NCBI GenBank assembly: GCA_964567045.1
Contig: CAZMLE010000015.1
Coordinates: 225-64,224, forward strand
Direction of reading: 5' to 3'
DNA: 64,000 bases
Source of the DNA: an uncultured Pirellulales bacterium
GTDB taxonomy: Bacteria; Planctomycetota; Phycisphaerae; Sedimentisphaerales; Anaerobacaceae
The notes beneath the pieces are model-generated. The model was not told the DNA's origin, did no database searches, and saw only the letters and a list, made by a program, of their open reading frames with translations. Of the stretch, positions 26,645 through 35,420 are shown in pieces (position 1 is the stretch's first letter; the number at the start of each line of letters is the position of its first letter). Both the position numbers and the translations under genes were made by a program.

Positions 26645-28825
26645 ATGTCTGAATCAAAAACTTCATTTGGTAAGAATCTTCGAGGGTTTTTGTGGATTTG
26701 TATTTTTGCCGCGGTTGTTTATATAACTATCCGCAACATCCATGTTTTCGGCAACGTCCTTGTGGTGCTGCTCGGATTCGGAATGGTGGTTCTGGTTCAT
26801 GAGTTCGGTCATTTCATGGTCGCTAAGCTATCGGATATCCACGTTGAGGCCTTTTCTATTTTTATGCCTCCAATTCTACTCGGGCTGCGCAGGACGGAAT
26901 CCGGCCTTCGGTTTCGGATACTGCCAAAATTCTTTCCCAAAGACAATGACGAGGCAGGCGAAGGGCAACTTTGCTTTACGGTCGGGAAAAAGGGCAAGGC
27001 AGGAGAGACCGAGTATCGCATCGGTCTTATTCCCTTCGGAGGTTTTGTCAAGCTTCTGGGCCAGGACGACACCAGCCCGGTTGAGGCCGGTGATGACCCG
27101 CGTTCGTTCTCCAACAAGCCGGTGAGCACCCGCGTGCCCGTTATCGCGGCGGGTGTTATCTTCAACGTCGTTAGCGCCGTAATTATTTTTATGATAGTTT
27201 TTCTGATCGGCATAAAGTTGCCGCCCCCGGTTGTAGGGGCGGTAGTGCCGAATTCGCCGGCCGCCAAGGCGGGCCTGAAGCCGGGCGACGAGATTATCAA
27301 GATTGCCGGCAAGAGCAAGAACCTCGACTTTGGCAATATTTTAATAGCTGCAGCTTTGTCAAACCAGGGCCAAGAAATTGCGTTAAGAGTCAGGCACGAA
27401 AACGGCTCTGAAGATGATTTCAATCTTGTTGCTGAGCGGCTGCCGGGAGCACAGTTGAGAGATTTTGGCATCGACCCGCCCATGAGTCTGACTTTAGCAG
27501 AGGTTGCCGACGTTAACGATTTGCTCAAAAAAACAGGCTTGCTTCCGGGCGACCGGATCATCTCTGTCAACGGCAGGCAAATACAATCTCACTGGCAGTT
27601 GGTTGAGCTTATTCAAGGCGCCCTTGCCCCGACCGCCGGGATCGGCGCCGAGCGTGCCGGCAAGTTAATCGAGACCGAGCTTGCGCTGGATTTGAGTCCC
27701 GCCGAAGGAGAAGTTAAGTCCGAGTCTGATCTTAGCCACGTTTGCTTTATGGTTCCGCGTTTGCGGATAGCGGCTGTTGCCGGGGCCGCGGACCAGGCGC
27801 CAGCAGGGTCTTTGTTGGAAAGGGTCAAAAGCAAACTGCTTGCCTTGTTTGGTAAAGCAGGCGCCGGCCCAGAAGATACGCCTGCGCAAACTGATCTGAA
27901 AAGCGGCGATATTATTGTGGCGATCGGCGGCGTGCAAAACCCTACCTATAGGGAGATGCGCGATGTCACTGTCGAGTACGAGGGCAAAAAGCTGCCCGTC
28001 CAGGTGCTGCGGGCGGCCGGCGATGGTGCGCAAGAGGTCCTTGGATTTGAGGTCGTGCCGAAGCGGCCGGCAGGTAGTGACAGGGTTATGATCGGCGTGG
28101 TAGTGGTGCTCGATGCGGAGCATCCGGTTGTCGCCAAGACCATAGCAGCAAAAGATGGTTCCTCCCCGTTTGCGTCGGGGTCTGAAATTCCTCGCGGAGC
28201 CGTGATAACTGCGGTTAATGGAGTAACAGTATCAAGTTTCTACGACATCATAAAAGAAATCCGGCAATGTTCCGGCGGACAAATTACGATTGATCGCCTT
28301 GACCAAGAAACAGCAGGTGTGGCTGTCTTGAATGTGGATGCCGGCAGAGAGCTTATTACTGTTGAATCTACCGCTACTGAATTCATTCCTTTCAATCGTA
28401 TGGAGAGACTCTACCAGGCGAGTGGGCCGATCGACGCCATCGCGATGGGATACAGAAGGACCGTTATGTTTATTGCCCAGGCTTACGTGACACTTAAGCG
28501 CCTGGTTGGAGGGGCGGTCAGTCCGAAACATCTTATGGGCCCGGTGGGAATCATAGCAGTAAGCTACCACATTGTTGCCGAGCAGCCGCTGATTGATTAC
28601 GTCTATCTTCTCGGCCTGATAAGCGCCGTAATTGCCGTATTTAATTTAGTGCCTTTGCCGCCATTGGATGGGGGGCTGATTGTGCTAATGCTGGTTGAGA
28701 AGGTTAAAGGCTCAGCCCTGAGTGAGCGGACCCAGGGCGTGATTGTTTATGCCGGCTGGGTCCTTATAGGAACGTTTCTTCTATACGTAACGTTTAACGA
28801 TATCGTCAGAAGTTTTTTTAGCTGA
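26645..28825 (+). CDS. rseP: RIP site-2 metalloprotease (M50) with extended PDZ region
   Basis: HEFGHFMVAK zinc motif in TM1. PDZ-like GLKPGDEII and LLPGDRIISVNG. C-terminal NLVPLPPLDGG motif. Confidence 0.9.
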   Translation: MSESKTSFGKNLRGFLWICIFAAVVYITIRNIHVFGNVLVVLLGFGMVVLVHEFGHFMVAKLSDIHVEAFSIFMPPILLGLRRTESGLRFRILPKFFPKDNDEAGEGQLCFTVGKKGKAGETEYRIGLIPFGGFVKLLGQDDTSPVEAGDDPRSFSNKPVSTRVPVIAAGVIFNVVSAVIIFMIVFLIGIKLPPPVVGAVVPNSPAAKAGLKPGDEIIKIAGKSKNLDFGNILIAAALSNQGQEIALRVRHENGSEDDFNLVAERLPGAQLRDFGIDPPMSLTLAEVADVNDLLKKTGLLPGDRIISVNGRQIQSHWQLVELIQGALAPTAGIGAERAGKLIETELALDLSPAEGEVKSESDLSHVCFMVPRLRIAAVAGAADQAPAGSLLERVKSKLLALFGKAGAGPEDTPAQTDLKSGDIIVAIGGVQNPTYREMRDVTVEYEGKKLPVQVLRAAGDGAQEVLGFEVVPKRPAGSDRVMIGVVVVLDAEHPVVAKTIAAKDGSSPFASGSEIPRGAVITAVNGVTVSSFYDIIKEIRQCSGGQITIDRLDQETAGVAVLNVDAGRELITVESTATEFIPFNRMERLYQASGPIDAIAMGYRRTVMFIAQAYVTLKRLVGGAVSPKHLMGPVGIIAVSYHIVAEQPLIDYVYLLGLISAVIAVFNLVPLPPLDGGLIVLMLVEKVKGSALSERTQGVIVYAGWVLIGTFLLYVTFNDIVRSFFS

Positions 28826-28836
28826 CAGGATATTTC

Positions 28837-30189
28837 ATGATAAATTCGAAATTCCCGCCGGAGGCGGACGAGTATCACAAAACCATTTTTGACGCCCTCG
28901 AACAGGCGGACCCGGAGGTTTATCGGCTGATAACCAAAGAGTACGAAAGACTGCAAAACACGCTGCAGCTTATCGCCGCCGAAAATCAATGCTCGCCGGC
29001 GGTCCTGGCGGCTCTGGGCTCGGTGATCCAGAATAAGACCACCGAAGGCTTTGTCGGCGCCAGGTTCCACGGGGGCTGCCAGGTTGTTGACCAGGTGGAA
29101 GAATTGGCCATCAAAAGGGCTAAAGACGCTTTTGGCGCCAAGTACGCCAATGTCCAGCCTCATTCCGGCACCGGCGCCAACCAAATCGTTCTGACCGCCC
29201 TTCTGCGAACAGGCGATAAGATACTAAGTCTCGGACTCGATCAGGGCGGGCACCTTTCACATGGCGCAAGGGTCTCCTTCACCGGCAAATTCTTCAACGT
29301 GGAAAACTATTACGTTGATAAGGACACTTACCTTCTGGACTACGAGGCGATCAGGGACAGAGCACGCAACGTCAAGCCAAAGCTGATTATATGTGGCGCA
29401 AGCGCGTACTGCCGAACGATAGATTTCAAAAAATTCAGAGAGATTGCAGATGAAGTTGGGGCGTATCTTTTGGCGGATATTTCACACATCGCGGGCCTGG
29501 TAATTGCCGGCGCCCATCCTTCGCCTGTGGATTGTGCACATTTTTCAACCACCAGTACGTACAAGCCGGGCGGGCCGCGGGGCGGCCTGATAATAATGGG
29601 CAAAGACTACGACCAGAAAATAATGGTGGGCACAAAGTCTATTGCTTTATGGCAGCACATAGAAAAAACAACATTTCCCGGCGTGCAGGGAACGCCGTAT
29701 CTGAATAACATCGCCGCCAAAGCGGTTTTCTTCAAAGAAACGCTTTGTGAAGAATACAGGCAAAGACAATTCAAAATCATAGAAAATGCCAAGGCGCTCG
29801 CCGCGAGCCTGCTGGAGCTGGGTCATGATGTAGTAACCGGCGGCACGGACAACCACATGATCCTGGTAAACGTTGCTAATTTCCGCGCGGGCCTGACCGG
29901 CGTCATGGCACAAAAATGCCTCGAAGATTGCGGCATAGTCGTCAACATGAACCGGCTGCCCTATGACAAAAAAGGCCCTACGATTACCAGCGGCATCAGG
30001 CTGGGCACGCCAATCGTCACCAAAGACGGTATGGGGCCTGACCAAATGCACAGCATAGCGCTGCTAATAGATTCCGCGCTGCGGAAAGTGGAAATAATAA
30101 GTGACGCCGAATTCAGAATAGATGAATCCTTCAGGAACAAGACACTCGCCAGAGTAGAGGAATTGTGCAGCAAATTCCCAATGTGCTGA
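28837..30189 (+). CDS. glyA: Serine hydroxymethyltransferase
   Basis: LQLIAAEN, YANVQPHSGTGAN, DISHIAGLV, and the PLP-lysine region TSTYKPGGPRGG. Confidence 0.9.
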   Translation: MINSKFPPEADEYHKTIFDALEQADPEVYRLITKEYERLQNTLQLIAAENQCSPAVLAALGSVIQNKTTEGFVGARFHGGCQVVDQVEELAIKRAKDAFGAKYANVQPHSGTGANQIVLTALLRTGDKILSLGLDQGGHLSHGARVSFTGKFFNVENYYVDKDTYLLDYEAIRDRARNVKPKLIICGASAYCRTIDFKKFREIADEVGAYLLADISHIAGLVIAGAHPSPVDCAHFSTTSTYKPGGPRGGLIIMGKDYDQKIMVGTKSIALWQHIEKTTFPGVQGTPYLNNIAAKAVFFKETLCEEYRQRQFKIIENAKALAASLLELGHDVVTGGTDNHMILVNVANFRAGLTGVMAQKCLEDCGIVVNMNRLPYDKKGPTITSGIRLGTPIVTKDGMGPDQMHSIALLIDSALRKVEIISDAEFRIDESFRNKTLARVEELCSKFPMC

Positions 30190-30220
30190 GCAGGAAAAAT
30201 CCTAAACCCTAAACAAAGTG

Positions 30221-33200
30221 TCACTGCCCATCCGGCCGCGGACAGTTGTTCGCTAACTGGTCGTCACGCTTTTTCCAGTTAGTTATCAGCATAGCCAAAT
30301 CATTAGTGAACACGCGATACCTCTGGAAAACTTGGGCCTTGTGGTCGATATCAGCACAAGGATCGGCAGTGTCGATTTCCTTCTTCCAGTTTTTGATAAT
30401 CAGAGCCAAATCATCCGTGAACACTCGATAGTTGGTGAAAGTCTGGGTCCTGCCTGAAGCATCACCGTCGCACTGATAGTGGCTGCCATCGGATGGCGAA
30501 GCGCACCAGCAGCTTGGGTCTGCGCCGACAGCAGCATACTCCAGAAAATCGGCATACTGCTGGGCGTACTGCGGCGTGTCTGGAAAGCAGTTCTTACGGA
30601 CAAGTAATCTGACTTGTACAGTTTGGGGACTATTCATCGCTGGCGAACCCGAAACTGTCAGCGTGCAATTATATTGGTCTGCAGAGAGGCCCGCCGTATT
30701 CACTCGAAGCCAGGCGGTGTTTCCCTCGCCTTTTGAGCTGCCGGACTTTGGGTGCACTTGCAGCCAATCACAGTCGTAGCTGATTTGCCAATTTAGAGTT
30801 GCTGCTCCTGAATTTCGTATAATGAGAATTTGGCTATCCGGGTCTGGGGAACCTATCGTGGTCTCGAATTGAAACCACCAGAATGAAAGTTCGATTGCAG
30901 GCTGGGCTTCATAGGCTCCCATATCAATGGCCTTGCCTACCAGTCGTGGTTTGCCGCTGAAGTCTGTTTCGTTAGGCTGTGGTGAGTACTGCGGGTCGCC
31001 GGCATCAATGCATGGTGAATCGGGCAACAGTTCGCAATAGGACCGAGCCGGATAGAGTCGCCGGATTTCCTCAGGCGATAAAGCCCGGTCCCAGACCGCA
31101 ACTTCATCTATTACGCCGTTGAAAAACCCGTTGTCTCTTCGGAAATACCTGTGTCTGCCAATATCAACATAATCCACCGAAGTGACATAATCACCCTTCT
31201 GGTTATTTGCGGCTCTACTTACTTCGAGTCCATCTATATATAAGATAAAATCACTCGTATTAACAGTCATGGCATAATGATGCCATTCGTTATAATCTTT
31301 CTTCGGGTGGGTAAGTTCCTGCAAAACGCCGGCGCTACTTTGAATTCCGGCAAATGCGTAGGGCGAATCGCGCAGCCGTTCCGTCGCTAAAACGATAATA
31401 CTGCGGGAAGCAGGTGTGGCATCATCATCTCTCTGAGAGAATATCATGTTTGTATTATTTCTGCCTCCTCCCAGAGCACGATGATTAGCCCAGGCTGAAA
31501 CTGTAAACTCTGTTGAAGTTACTGCGTTGCCTGAGAGAGATACATAGTCATCGACGCCATCAAAGCTCAGAGCGCCGCCGAGCCAGCCGGTTGTCCGTTG
31601 CGCCCCACGGATAGTTCCGTGATTGCCACCGACCGAATCGTATGCTATGTCGCCTTGCTGTTCGTCAAACTTCCAGTGGGCAAGCAAGCCTTCCGGTAGC
31701 CCAGCAAAACGCGGGTCGGCGTTAATGTTACCTTCTCCGGGCCAGCCGCCCTGCACATCACTGTAGGTTACCGTAATTGTGAAATTATCGCCGAACCAAA
31801 TTTCATTGCCGCCGTTCCAAAGAATCGAGTTGAGCAAGGTAACCTTGCCCTTACCGGAACCGGACTTGCAGGCTAATGTTGCGCCCTCTGCCGCTTTGTT
31901 CCCGATAAAGGTGCAGTTTGCAATAAATACGTTAGCATCAGAGTAAGCCAGTATTGCTGCACCCTGCGTAGCCGCGTTTTCACTGAAGAGGCTGTTCGTA
32001 ATCACAATAGAGGCATATTCGCAGAAGATGGCTCCGCCCGATGTGGCGGAGTTTCGTGTGAATGTGCATCTGACTAAGGTTGGGCCGGACCCCGGCTCAC
32101 AAAAGAATGCGCCGCCCCAGGTTGCTGAGTTTTCGTCGAAGGTGCAGTCGGTTAGCGTTGGTTTGCCAGAGGCAGCGAACATGCCGCCGCCGGGCGCAGC
32201 GGCGGAGTTTCGGCTGAAGGTGCACTTGATCAAATGGGGGCTGCTGTCGGTACAGCAGACGCCGCCACCCTGACCTGCCTGACCGTTGGTGACTGTAAAT
32301 CCATTCAATGTACAATCAGGACCTTCACCGCTCTTGAAGGTCACAACCGAGCCTTTCTGGCCGCCATCAATAATTGTTGCAGCTACTACGTTGGGATTGT
32401 TGGAGTCTGTGCTCGTTAGGGTGATATTCTTGCCCGTGAAATTGATATTTTCGAGGTACGTGCCGGGATATACTGTGACCTTGTCGCCATTTTGCGCTGA
32501 ATCGATGCCCTTCTGGATGGTCGCAAAAGCAGCCGATGGACTCAGACCATCATTATTATCGTGCCCTTTGACTGCATCGACATAGTAGTCACGGCGAGCA
32601 GCGATATAGTACGAAACGTAAATGTCCCGCGACGACCTGTCTTCTCCCAATTGCCTCATAAAGTACAGGGCCGTGCCGTCGCTGGAAATGCAGGGATGGT
32701 ATGTGTGTCCGCCAGGCGTATCAAAAAACGCCAGATGCTCGACATTTACGAACGGTTCGATCAAAGAGAGGCGGCTCGCCCTGAATAACTGCGAAGTATT
32801 TCCATCATTGCGACTGGACGCAAAATACAAGATAAGGCCGTCGGGCGAAGCCGAAGGAGCTTGATCCATAAAGGGCGAGCTAATTGCCGCACAGGTTGTC
32901 ACACCACTATCAAAAGGCGAATTTCTATCAGCTCTGGCAGCTATCCAGATGTCCCATTCTTGGTGGCCGGCGGTGACGCCGTATGCCCCGAAGAAAACAG
33001 TCAGCTCATCGGCTGTCAGTTTCGGCATTACAACACGATCGCTGAGCATATTTAATTCGGCGATATCTGCACCTTTTGGCCAGAGGTCATTAACCGAAGC
33101 CCGCTTGCTGACCGCAAGTGCAAATCTGCCGCCATGCTCTTTGTGATAGTACATCCGCAGATTGTCGGGCGAAACCCAGGGACAAAGAATGTGCGTGTCG

Positions 33201-33532
33201 GGTTCATTCAGCTCGCTTATTTCTGCTATGGAGGTAAATGGCCCGGATGGTTTATCTCGTCTGGCTTGATATATTCGGCCATAGTAGAAACTGTCGGTAC
33301 GCACTCTTGAAAAGTAAAGACTTAATCCGTCAAATGAGATAAATGGCGCCCACTCTTCGTATTCGGTATTGACCTCAGTTACCGGCGCCGGAGTCGTCCA
33401 CTGCTGCTGGTCAAGCACCTGTACGGCCCAGGTAGAGCCATACGAAGCCAGAATCGCCGGAATCGTCACAAAAAGCAGATTCATCCTTCGCAGTAGCCCT
33501 GCTACGGAGAATAGATTAGTCCGCAGGTTCAT
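30221..33532 (-). CDS. Large secreted multi-domain protein: TolB-like propeller repeats, right-handed beta-helix repeats, LamG/ConA-like domain, C-terminal dockerin-like tandem repeat
   Basis: PD40-like SPDGL.LYF repeats. Repeated C(T)F..N.A..GGA beta-helix turns. LAHWKFDEQQGDIAYDSVGGNHG..LSFDGVDDYVSL (LamG). Tail YRVFTDDLALIIKNWKK / YRVFTNDLAMLITNWKK. Start set to ATG 33532, preceded by GAAGGAGGTAGG. The longer track start would overlap the divergent gene. Confidence 0.8.
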   Translation of the reverse strand: MNLRTNLFSVAGLLRRMNLLFVTIPAILASYGSTWAVQVLDQQQWTTPAPVTEVNTEYEEWAPFISFDGLSLYFSRVRTDSFYYGRIYQARRDKPSGPFTSIAEISELNEPDTHILCPWVSPDNLRMYYHKEHGGRFALAVSKRASVNDLWPKGADIAELNMLSDRVVMPKLTADELTVFFGAYGVTAGHQEWDIWIAARADRNSPFDSGVTTCAAISSPFMDQAPSASPDGLILYFASSRNDGNTSQLFRASRLSLIEPFVNVEHLAFFDTPGGHTYHPCISSDGTALYFMRQLGEDRSSRDIYVSYYIAARRDYYVDAVKGHDNNDGLSPSAAFATIQKGIDSAQNGDKVTVYPGTYLENINFTGKNITLTSTDSNNPNVVAATIIDGGQKGSVVTFKSGEGPDCTLNGFTVTNGQAGQGGGVCCTDSSPHLIKCTFSRNSAAAPGGGMFAASGKPTLTDCTFDENSATWGGAFFCEPGSGPTLVRCTFTRNSATSGGAIFCEYASIVITNSLFSENAATQGAAILAYSDANVFIANCTFIGNKAAEGATLACKSGSGKGKVTLLNSILWNGGNEIWFGDNFTITVTYSDVQGGWPGEGNINADPRFAGLPEGLLAHWKFDEQQGDIAYDSVGGNHGTIRGAQRTTGWLGGALSFDGVDDYVSLSGNAVTSTEFTVSAWANHRALGGGRNNTNMIFSQRDDDATPASRSIIVLATERLRDSPYAFAGIQSSAGVLQELTHPKKDYNEWHHYAMTVNTSDFILYIDGLEVSRAANNQKGDYVTSVDYVDIGRHRYFRRDNGFFNGVIDEVAVWDRALSPEEIRRLYPARSYCELLPDSPCIDAGDPQYSPQPNETDFSGKPRLVGKAIDMGAYEAQPAIELSFWWFQFETTIGSPDPDSQILIIRNSGAATLNWQISYDCDWLQVHPKSGSSKGEGNTAWLRVNTAGLSADQYNCTLTVSGSPAMNSPQTVQVRLLVRKNCFPDTPQYAQQYADFLEYAAVGADPSCWCASPSDGSHYQCDGDASGRTQTFTNYRVFTDDLALIIKNWKKEIDTADPCADIDHKAQVFQRYRVFTNDLAMLITNWKKRDDQLANNCPRPDGQ

Positions 33533-33646
33533 AATTCCTACCTCCTTCAAAGCTGTCCTATTATACAATGTACAAGGGCGTTTTTCAACCAATAGCGATA
33601 TTTTCAGGCTTTCTTTGACTTCACAAATGATGTATAAGCATGCTTT

Positions 33647-35314
33647 ATGAAAAGGCGAAAGGGTGTACATCCGCCGAGGCTCAGCCCGACTACTGCCGCC
33701 GCTTCTTCGGCCAAATGGCGGTATCTGCCGGTTATCGTTCTTGTAGCTCTGGCCATTTTCATTGCTGTCTTGCGGCTGCACACTTATAATGAGCCTTTTG
33801 AGAGGGATATTACCAGCCACGCGGTGATCGCTCACGAAATGCTCGCCGGGCGTCAGTTGTACTGCGACCTCTGGGACAGCAAGCCGCCCGCTATCTTTGT
33901 GACCTACGCATTGGCGGATGCCCTGGTCGGCTACGGCCCGGGCGAGGTCTATTTCATCGGCGTCGTAGCGGCAATAATAACGTTGTTGGGCTGCTACCGG
34001 GCGGGCTCGACACTTGGCGGCACGAGCGGCGGCCTGTGGGCCGCAGCCTTCTGGGCTGTTGTCTGCAACGACCTGTGGCTCTGGGCCAATCAGCCTAATA
34101 TCGAAGTGCCGATGAACGCCTGCCTTGTTTGGGCTTTTGCCCTTATGATCCGCGCAGATAAGAAGAAACTGCAGTTGGGGCGCTGGCTGGCTATCGGCGG
34201 GCTTTTCTCTCTGGCTACTCTATATAAAACCGTCGCCGTCACTTTTCCCGCTTTTCTGGCATTTTTTTATTTATTAACTTGCCTTCGCAATCGCCAAAGG
34301 CTGAGGCTGGCATTCGTGCAGGTTTGCATCATTGCGGCGGTGGGTGTAGCGGCTTGGGCTGCGGTTTTCGCGTATTTCGCTGCCACCGGACGTTTGGGCA
34401 TTTTCTACGATACGATTTTCAAATATGCCGGCTACTATGCGCAGAGCAGGGGCGGCAATTTTCTCACCAACATTCTCGCGGGACTGAAATACCAATTTTT
34501 TGCCCGAGCAATGAAAAGTACGCCCGTGCTCATTGTTCTTGCGGCTGCGGGAGCAATATATGGATTGGTTAGGCCCCGCGTGGCACGGGCTTCCAGCCCG
34601 TGGCGCCACGGCCAGGATGGCTGTGCCACAGAACCCTGGCTGCTGCTAATTGGGTTTCTCATCGCGGCGTACTTTGCGGTAGCCCTTCCAGGCAGATACT
34701 ATAACCACTACTATCAACTCTGGCTTGTCCCGTTGGTTGTGGGCGCCGGCTGGGCAGTCTCAACAAAAAACTTAAAACTTAAAACTCAAAACTCAAAACT
34801 CAAAATAGCAGCGGGTGCGCTGGGGCTGATTATTTTGCTATGTTTTGTCCTGCCTGAATACAGGTTTTCTGCGGATGAATGGTCGTCAAAAAAACAAGGT
34901 CCGCAGTATATCATTGCCAAAACAGTCACCAAGGAACTTGATGCACTACTTGCACCAGAAGAGAAAATTTATGTGCTGGGTATAGACCCTGGTTTTTATT
35001 TCTGGTCTGGCAGGCGACCGCCGACCGGCGTGATATGGTCAACCGACCTGGCAAACAATCCCTTGGCCGAGGAACACACCAAACGGGCTCTGGCGGATCT
35101 GGAGCGGGAAAAACCAGAAGTGGTCGTAAGTATGGTCTTTGCACAAGTACCACCTAATCATCCGGTCGTGCTGTGGGCGGACAAACAATACAAGCCTCTA
35201 CCTGGCAATCCGGACCGAGGCGCCATAGGTAATCAACCTTTTTTGCGTATATTTATTCGCCGCGATGGTAAATTGGCAGCGCGATTGGCCAAACCTGCGG
35301 TAAAACCGCCATAG
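33647..35314 (+). CDS. GT-C fold membrane glycosyltransferase (ArnT / GT39 / PMT_2-like), copy 1
   Basis: About 10 or more TM helices. N-terminal FERDITSHAVIAHEML..LYCDLWDSKPP loop typical of ArnT-like enzymes. Soluble C-terminal domain. Confidence 0.7.
   Translation: MKRRKGVHPPRLSPTTAAASSAKWRYLPVIVLVALAIFIAVLRLHTYNEPFERDITSHAVIAHEMLAGRQLYCDLWDSKPPAIFVTYALADALVGYGPGEVYFIGVVAAIITLLGCYRAGSTLGGTSGGLWAAAFWAVVCNDLWLWANQPNIEVPMNACLVWAFALMIRADKKKLQLGRWLAIGGLFSLATLYKTVAVTFPAFLAFFYLLTCLRNRQRLRLAFVQVCIIAAVGVAAWAAVFAYFAATGRLGIFYDTIFKYAGYYAQSRGGNFLTNILAGLKYQFFARAMKSTPVLIVLAAAGAIYGLVRPRVARASSPWRHGQDGCATEPWLLLIGFLIAAYFAVALPGRYYNHYYQLWLVPLVVGAGWAVSTKNLKLKTQNSKLKIAAGALGLIILLCFVLPEYRFSADEWSSKKQGPQYIIAKTVTKELDALLAPEEKIYVLGIDPGFYFWSGRRPPTGVIWSTDLANNPLAEEHTKRALADLEREKPEVVVSMVFAQVPPNHPVVLWADKQYKPLPGNPDRGAIGNQPFLRIFIRRDGKLAARLAKPAVKPP
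34580..34629. repeat. Composite palindromic element inside the GT-C gene
   Basis: Outer arms GTGGCAC / GTGCCAC enclose GGGC-ttcca-GCCC and ACGGCCA-gga-TGGCTGT. Encodes ARASSPWRHGQDGCAT. Confidence 0.55.
34766..34807 (+). repeat. Heptanucleotide tandem array, AT-rich class, in frame inside the GT-C gene (6 units, 42 bp)
   Basis: AAAAACT TAAAACT TAAAACT CAAAACT CAAAACT CAAAATA. Encodes KNLKLKTQNSKLKI. Confidence 0.8.
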
Positions 35315-35321
35315 AACCGTG

Positions 35322-35344
35322 GCCGTCGCCGTGCCGGCGACGGC
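35322..35344. repeat. Perfect GC-rich palindrome of the GCCGTCGCCG family (possible terminator/REP)
   Basis: GCCGTCGCCG-tgc-CGGCGACGGC, 8 nt after the GT-C stop. Followed by a second hairpin CCCCGCAAT..ATTGCGGGG. Confidence 0.65.
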
Positions 35345-35420
35345 TAAACAAGATATTTAGCCCCGCAATCCTTCGTCCTGGCTCAGGACAGGTTTATTGC
35401 GGGGTTCAAGGGAAACCGGT

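Noticed and set aside
26809-27570. 253-aa minus-strand ORF inside rseP
   Set aside because: It lies antisense to a well-supported M50 protease gene and has no motifs.
33533-33835. Longer start (33835) for the giant secreted protein
   Set aside because: The extra 101 codons have no signal peptide and overlap the divergent GT-C gene start. ATG 33532 has a strong GGAGG SD and is followed by a signal anchor.
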